DNA of 9,056 nucleotides from Octopus sinensis (Eukaryota), in NCBI RefSeq assembly GCF_006345805.1, contig NW_021828162.1:1-9056 (forward strand), read 5' to 3'. This document shows, in pieces, positions 5,861-9,056 of this stretch. The notes beneath the pieces were generated by a model. The model did not search any database. It was not told where the DNA came from and worked only from the letters and a program-made list of their open reading frames with translations. How positions within the stretch are numbered: the first letter of the stretch is position 1; every line of letters starts with the position of its first letter. A program made the position numbers and the translations under genes.

Positions 5861-7594
5861 ATGTTTTACCAAATAGGAAAGAATTTTGTGATTGGTGTTG
5901 CGTATGTGTGTAGTTTCTTGCTGTCTCTTCACTACAATGGCGGAATATTATCTGCCGCACAGTCGTTTAGTAGTCGCCGAGCAAATAACCCTCAGGCGTT
6001 TCCTACTCACGACAGGTGCGAACCAATAACGATACCTTTATGCAAAGGTATCCAATACAACATGACCATCTTACCTAACATACTGAATCACCAGAAACAG
6101 GATGATGCCGGCCTGGAAGTTCACCAATTTTTTCCGCTAGTCAAAGTAGAATGCAGTCCTTACCTGCGATTTTTCCTCTGCTCCATGTACGCGCCAGTAT
6201 GTACTATGTTAGATCACGCCATCCCACCTTGTCAACAGATGTGTCAACAAGCCCGGGAAGGCTGCGAAAAACTTATGAACAGATTCGGCTTTGAATGGCC
6301 CGAATCTCTAAGATGTGAAAAATTTCCCAGATCGGGTTTATGTGTGGGTGAGAACATTACAGACCCTACTCCGTCTCCAGCTACCAAAATGAAAACCTTC
6401 CGTCCAACACAAGACCACCACGACACGGATGATGTCTTTTCACCTAACCTAAATTCCTCAGAATACGGATTTCATTGTCCAGTAGAGTTTCGAGTGCCCA
6501 AAACCTTAAACTATCGTCTCAAAGTAGGAAACTATTTAGACCGTGACTGTGGGGCTCCTTGCAACGATATGTTTTTCACTCCTGACAAACGAGATTTCGC
6601 CCGAATGTGGATTGGTATTTGTTCAGCAATTTGCATGGCATCGACTTTATTTACAGTTCTCACCTTTCTCATAGACATGACCCGATTCCGTTACCCAGAA
6701 CGTCCCATCATATTCTTATCAGGATGTTACTTCATGGTGGCGCTGGCTTACGTCGTCGGTTTTGCCCTGCGAGACAGCGTGGCTTGCAACAAGCCATTCG
6801 ATCCACCCAGCCTAAATCTGGCGCCGGAGAAAATGGTTTCTATCATCACACAAGGCACCAAGAAAGAAGGCTGCACCATTCTCTTCATGATGCTCTATTT
6901 TTTCAGCATGGCCAGTTCGATTTGGTGGGTTATTCTCACACTCACCTGGTTTCTAGCTGCAGGTATGAAATGGGGCCACGAGGCGATAGAGGCCAATTCT
7001 CAGTACTTCCATCTCGCAGCTTGGGCTGTACCGGCAATAAAGACGATAGCCATCCTCGCCATGGGTCAAGTAGATGGAGACGTTCTCAGTGGAGTGTGTT
7101 TTACAGGGATATTCGACGTCGATGCATTACGGGGCTTCGTGTTAGCACCCCTCGTTGTATATTTGATAATTGGAACCACATTCTTATTGGCTGGCTTTGT
7201 TTCTCTGTTTCGAATACGAACCATTATGAAAAGTGACGGCACTAAAACGGACAAACTCGAAAAATTGATGGTTCGAATCGGCATATTTTCCGTTCTCTAT
7301 ACAGTACCGGCCACTATTGTTATCGCCTGTCTTTTTTACGAACAATCTTTCCGAGACCAGTGGATGGTCTCATGGCACTCACGCGTGTGCGTCACCTATT
7401 TTTTCCCGTGCCCCCACACAGGCGACCCTTCGCGTCCTTGGCCGGATTTCACAGTGTTCATGATCAAATATTTAATGACAATTATTGTGGGTATCACATC
7501 TGGAGTATGGATATGGACTGGCAAAACTCTAAACTCATGGAAAAGGTTTTATTGCCGATTCTTCGTCCCACGAAACGAATCTGCTGTCGTTTGA
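5861..7594 (+). CDS. FZD1/2/7: Frizzled-1/2/7 subfamily Wnt receptor (class F GPCR), uninterrupted CDS, 577 aa
   Basis: N-terminal hydrophobic signal peptide. CRD with 10 Cys ([22 protein letters not shown]...[33 protein letters not shown]...[23 protein letters not shown]...LCVGEN), closely matching vertebrate FZD1/2/7 as I recall them. 7TM motifs [64 protein letters not shown] and [12 protein letters not shown]. Dishevelled-binding KTLNSW (KTxxxW). In-frame TAA at 5849-5851 fixes the start; A at -3 of the ATG; stop TGA at 7592-7594. Confidence 0.97.
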   Translation: MFYQIGKNFVIGVAYVCSFLLSLHYNGGILSAAQSFSSRRANNPQAFPTHDRCEPITIPLCKGIQYNMTILPNILNHQKQDDAGLEVHQFFPLVKVECSPYLRFFLCSMYAPVCTMLDHAIPPCQQMCQQAREGCEKLMNRFGFEWPESLRCEKFPRSGLCVGENITDPTPSPATKMKTFRPTQDHHDTDDVFSPNLNSSEYGFHCPVEFRVPKTLNYRLKVGNYLDRDCGAPCNDMFFTPDKRDFARMWIGICSAICMASTLFTVLTFLIDMTRFRYPERPIIFLSGCYFMVALAYVVGFALRDSVACNKPFDPPSLNLAPEKMVSIITQGTKKEGCTILFMMLYFFSMASSIWWVILTLTWFLAAGMKWGHEAIEANSQYFHLAAWAVPAIKTIAILAMGQVDGDVLSGVCFTGIFDVDALRGFVLAPLVVYLIIGTTFLLAGFVSLFRIRTIMKSDGTKTDKLEKLMVRIGIFSVLYTVPATIVIACLFYEQSFRDQWMVSWHSRVCVTYFFPCPHTGDPSRPWPDFTVFMIKYLMTIIVGITSGVWIWTGKTLNSWKRFYCRFFVPRNESAVV

Positions 7595-7970
7595 AAAACA
7601 TGATAATAATAATAATAAAAAGGACCACAAGCACACACATAAAAACTAAACATAAAGGAAAAGTAACCAGCTGGAGATTATTACCAAGTACTATTATTAC
7701 TTTTCTAATGGATCATTACTATTATTATTATTACAATTATTCCTATTGCTAATTGAAAGCTAATTATATATATATGTATCAATACATATATATAATTGTG
7801 TTTTTTTCACAAAATCGCAAAAAATGCGTTTTGGAAACAAACAAAAAAAAATTTGGAATCACAAAAATATAAAGAAAACAAAGCAAATAATAATCATCAA
7901 CATGTTATCAACAATCAAAGCAACGGATATATATGTATAAAATATGATTGTTAATAATAACAATATATAT

Positions 7971-7976
7971 AATAAA
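7971..7976 (+). terminator. Candidate polyadenylation signal AATAAA (another at 7614-7619)
   Basis: Canonical hexamer about 380 nt after the stop codon. The DNA is AT-rich, so chance occurrence is plausible. Confidence 0.3.
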
Positions 7977-8002
7977 ACATGCTTTAAAGTTAACTATATA
8001 TA

Positions 8003-8873
8003 ATAATAATAATAATATATGTATATATATATATATGTATATGTATATATATATATGTGTATATATATATATAATATAAAGGAATCAAACTACAACATAC
8101 TTTGCACGACAAATCTTTGAAACTATATATATATATATGTGTATATATATGTATATATAATCATTACAACACATAGACAAATCAAAAACAAACCCTCCAA
8201 ATAATGTATATATATATATGTATGTATATAGGTGCATATATATATATAAACAAAAAGACAAAAGAAACAATACCACAAAAATTATAAACACTGCAGACGA
8301 TATATATATATATATATATATATGCATGTATGTATATATGTATGTGTGTATATATATATATATATGTATGTATGTATATATATATATATGTATGTTTGGG
8401 GTAGTGTATAAGATCTATATATGTGTATATATATATATGTATGTATGTATATATGATGTGGATTATCTTTTGAGGTGAAACTGATAAAGATTACTAGTGT
8501 ATGAACAAAAACAAAAAAATTAACATGAAGTGGTTGTGTATGGATGAATGAATGCATGCATTGTATGTATGTGTATGCGTGTTATTACGTCCACACACAC
8601 ACACACATGTGTATATATATATATATGTGCATACACGTGTATGTATATATATATATATATATATATATGCATGAACACATGTATGTATGTATATGTATAT
8701 GTATATTTATATATATGTATATATATAATATGTGGTAGATATGTATATACACGGTTATTTACTGGATCTGTTAACGTATATTTTCGTACTAGATTCCTCT
8801 CTAAATTCAAATAGCATACATGTGGGAATCTGGAGAAAAATGTGTGTATATATGTATATATATAATATATATA

Positions 8874-8929
<56 letters not shown>

Positions 8930-9012
8930 ATAGTTATATGTGTGTGTTATATATATATTTATATATATATATGCACACGTACACACACATATATATGTAC
9001 ATGTATACATGT
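8003..9012. repeat. Cluster of (TA)n/(TG)n/(TATG)n microsatellites downstream of Frizzled
   Basis: Direct reading; blocks at about 8003-8075, 8124-8160, 8203-8250, 8299-8455, 8545-8750 and 8840-9012. Confidence 0.9.
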
Positions 9013-9056
9013 GTCTCTGTCCACATTGATATTTTCTCCACTTCCGTTTTCTGCAT

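Noticed and set aside
6607-7236. 209-aa same-strand overlapping ORF inside Frizzled (and 7360-7752 in the same frame)
   Set aside because: A stop in this shifted frame needs T followed by a codon starting AA, AG or GA (Lys/Asn/Arg/Ser/Asp/Glu). Such codons are scarce in TM-encoding DNA, so a long open frame is expected. The translation has no recognisable features.
6244-7284. Short antisense ORFs (6244-6426, 7066-7284)
   Set aside because: Shadows of the Frizzled CDS.
1-9056. CRISPR arrays, prokaryotic operons, autonomous transposon or viral ORFs
   Set aside because: No repeat-spacer structure and no RT, transposase or integrase motifs; the sequence is clearly animal genomic DNA.

Overview
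Eukaryotic, AT-rich, microsatellite-dense genomic DNA, most likely from an octopus or other coleoid cephalopod. That assignment is inferred from recognising the SINE sequences and the repeat landscape, not from a database search. The only credible protein-coding gene is an uninterrupted Frizzled-1/2/7-type Wnt receptor CDS (5861-7594, +, 577 aa) with a signal peptide, a 10-Cys CRD, 7 TM segments and a KTxxxW motif. The 5.8 kb upstream holds five copies of two tRNA-derived SINE families: three on + (917-1063, 1959-2147, 3660-3759) and two on - (4143-4580, 4990-5138). These sit among (ATT)n, (CA)n, (TA)n and (GATA)n tracts. All other ORFs in the supplied track are by-products of microsatellites or shifted reading frames. 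I find no clear new multi-gene system. The best leads are (i) a textbook 3' splice site at 5380 implying a 5'UTR intron, (ii) an Alu-like cryptic exon supplied by the antisense SINE, (iii) an extra Val that shifts the Frizzled C-terminal PDZ motif, (iv) a module shared between the two SINE families, and (v) three AACGTT palindromes phased exactly 10 bp apart.
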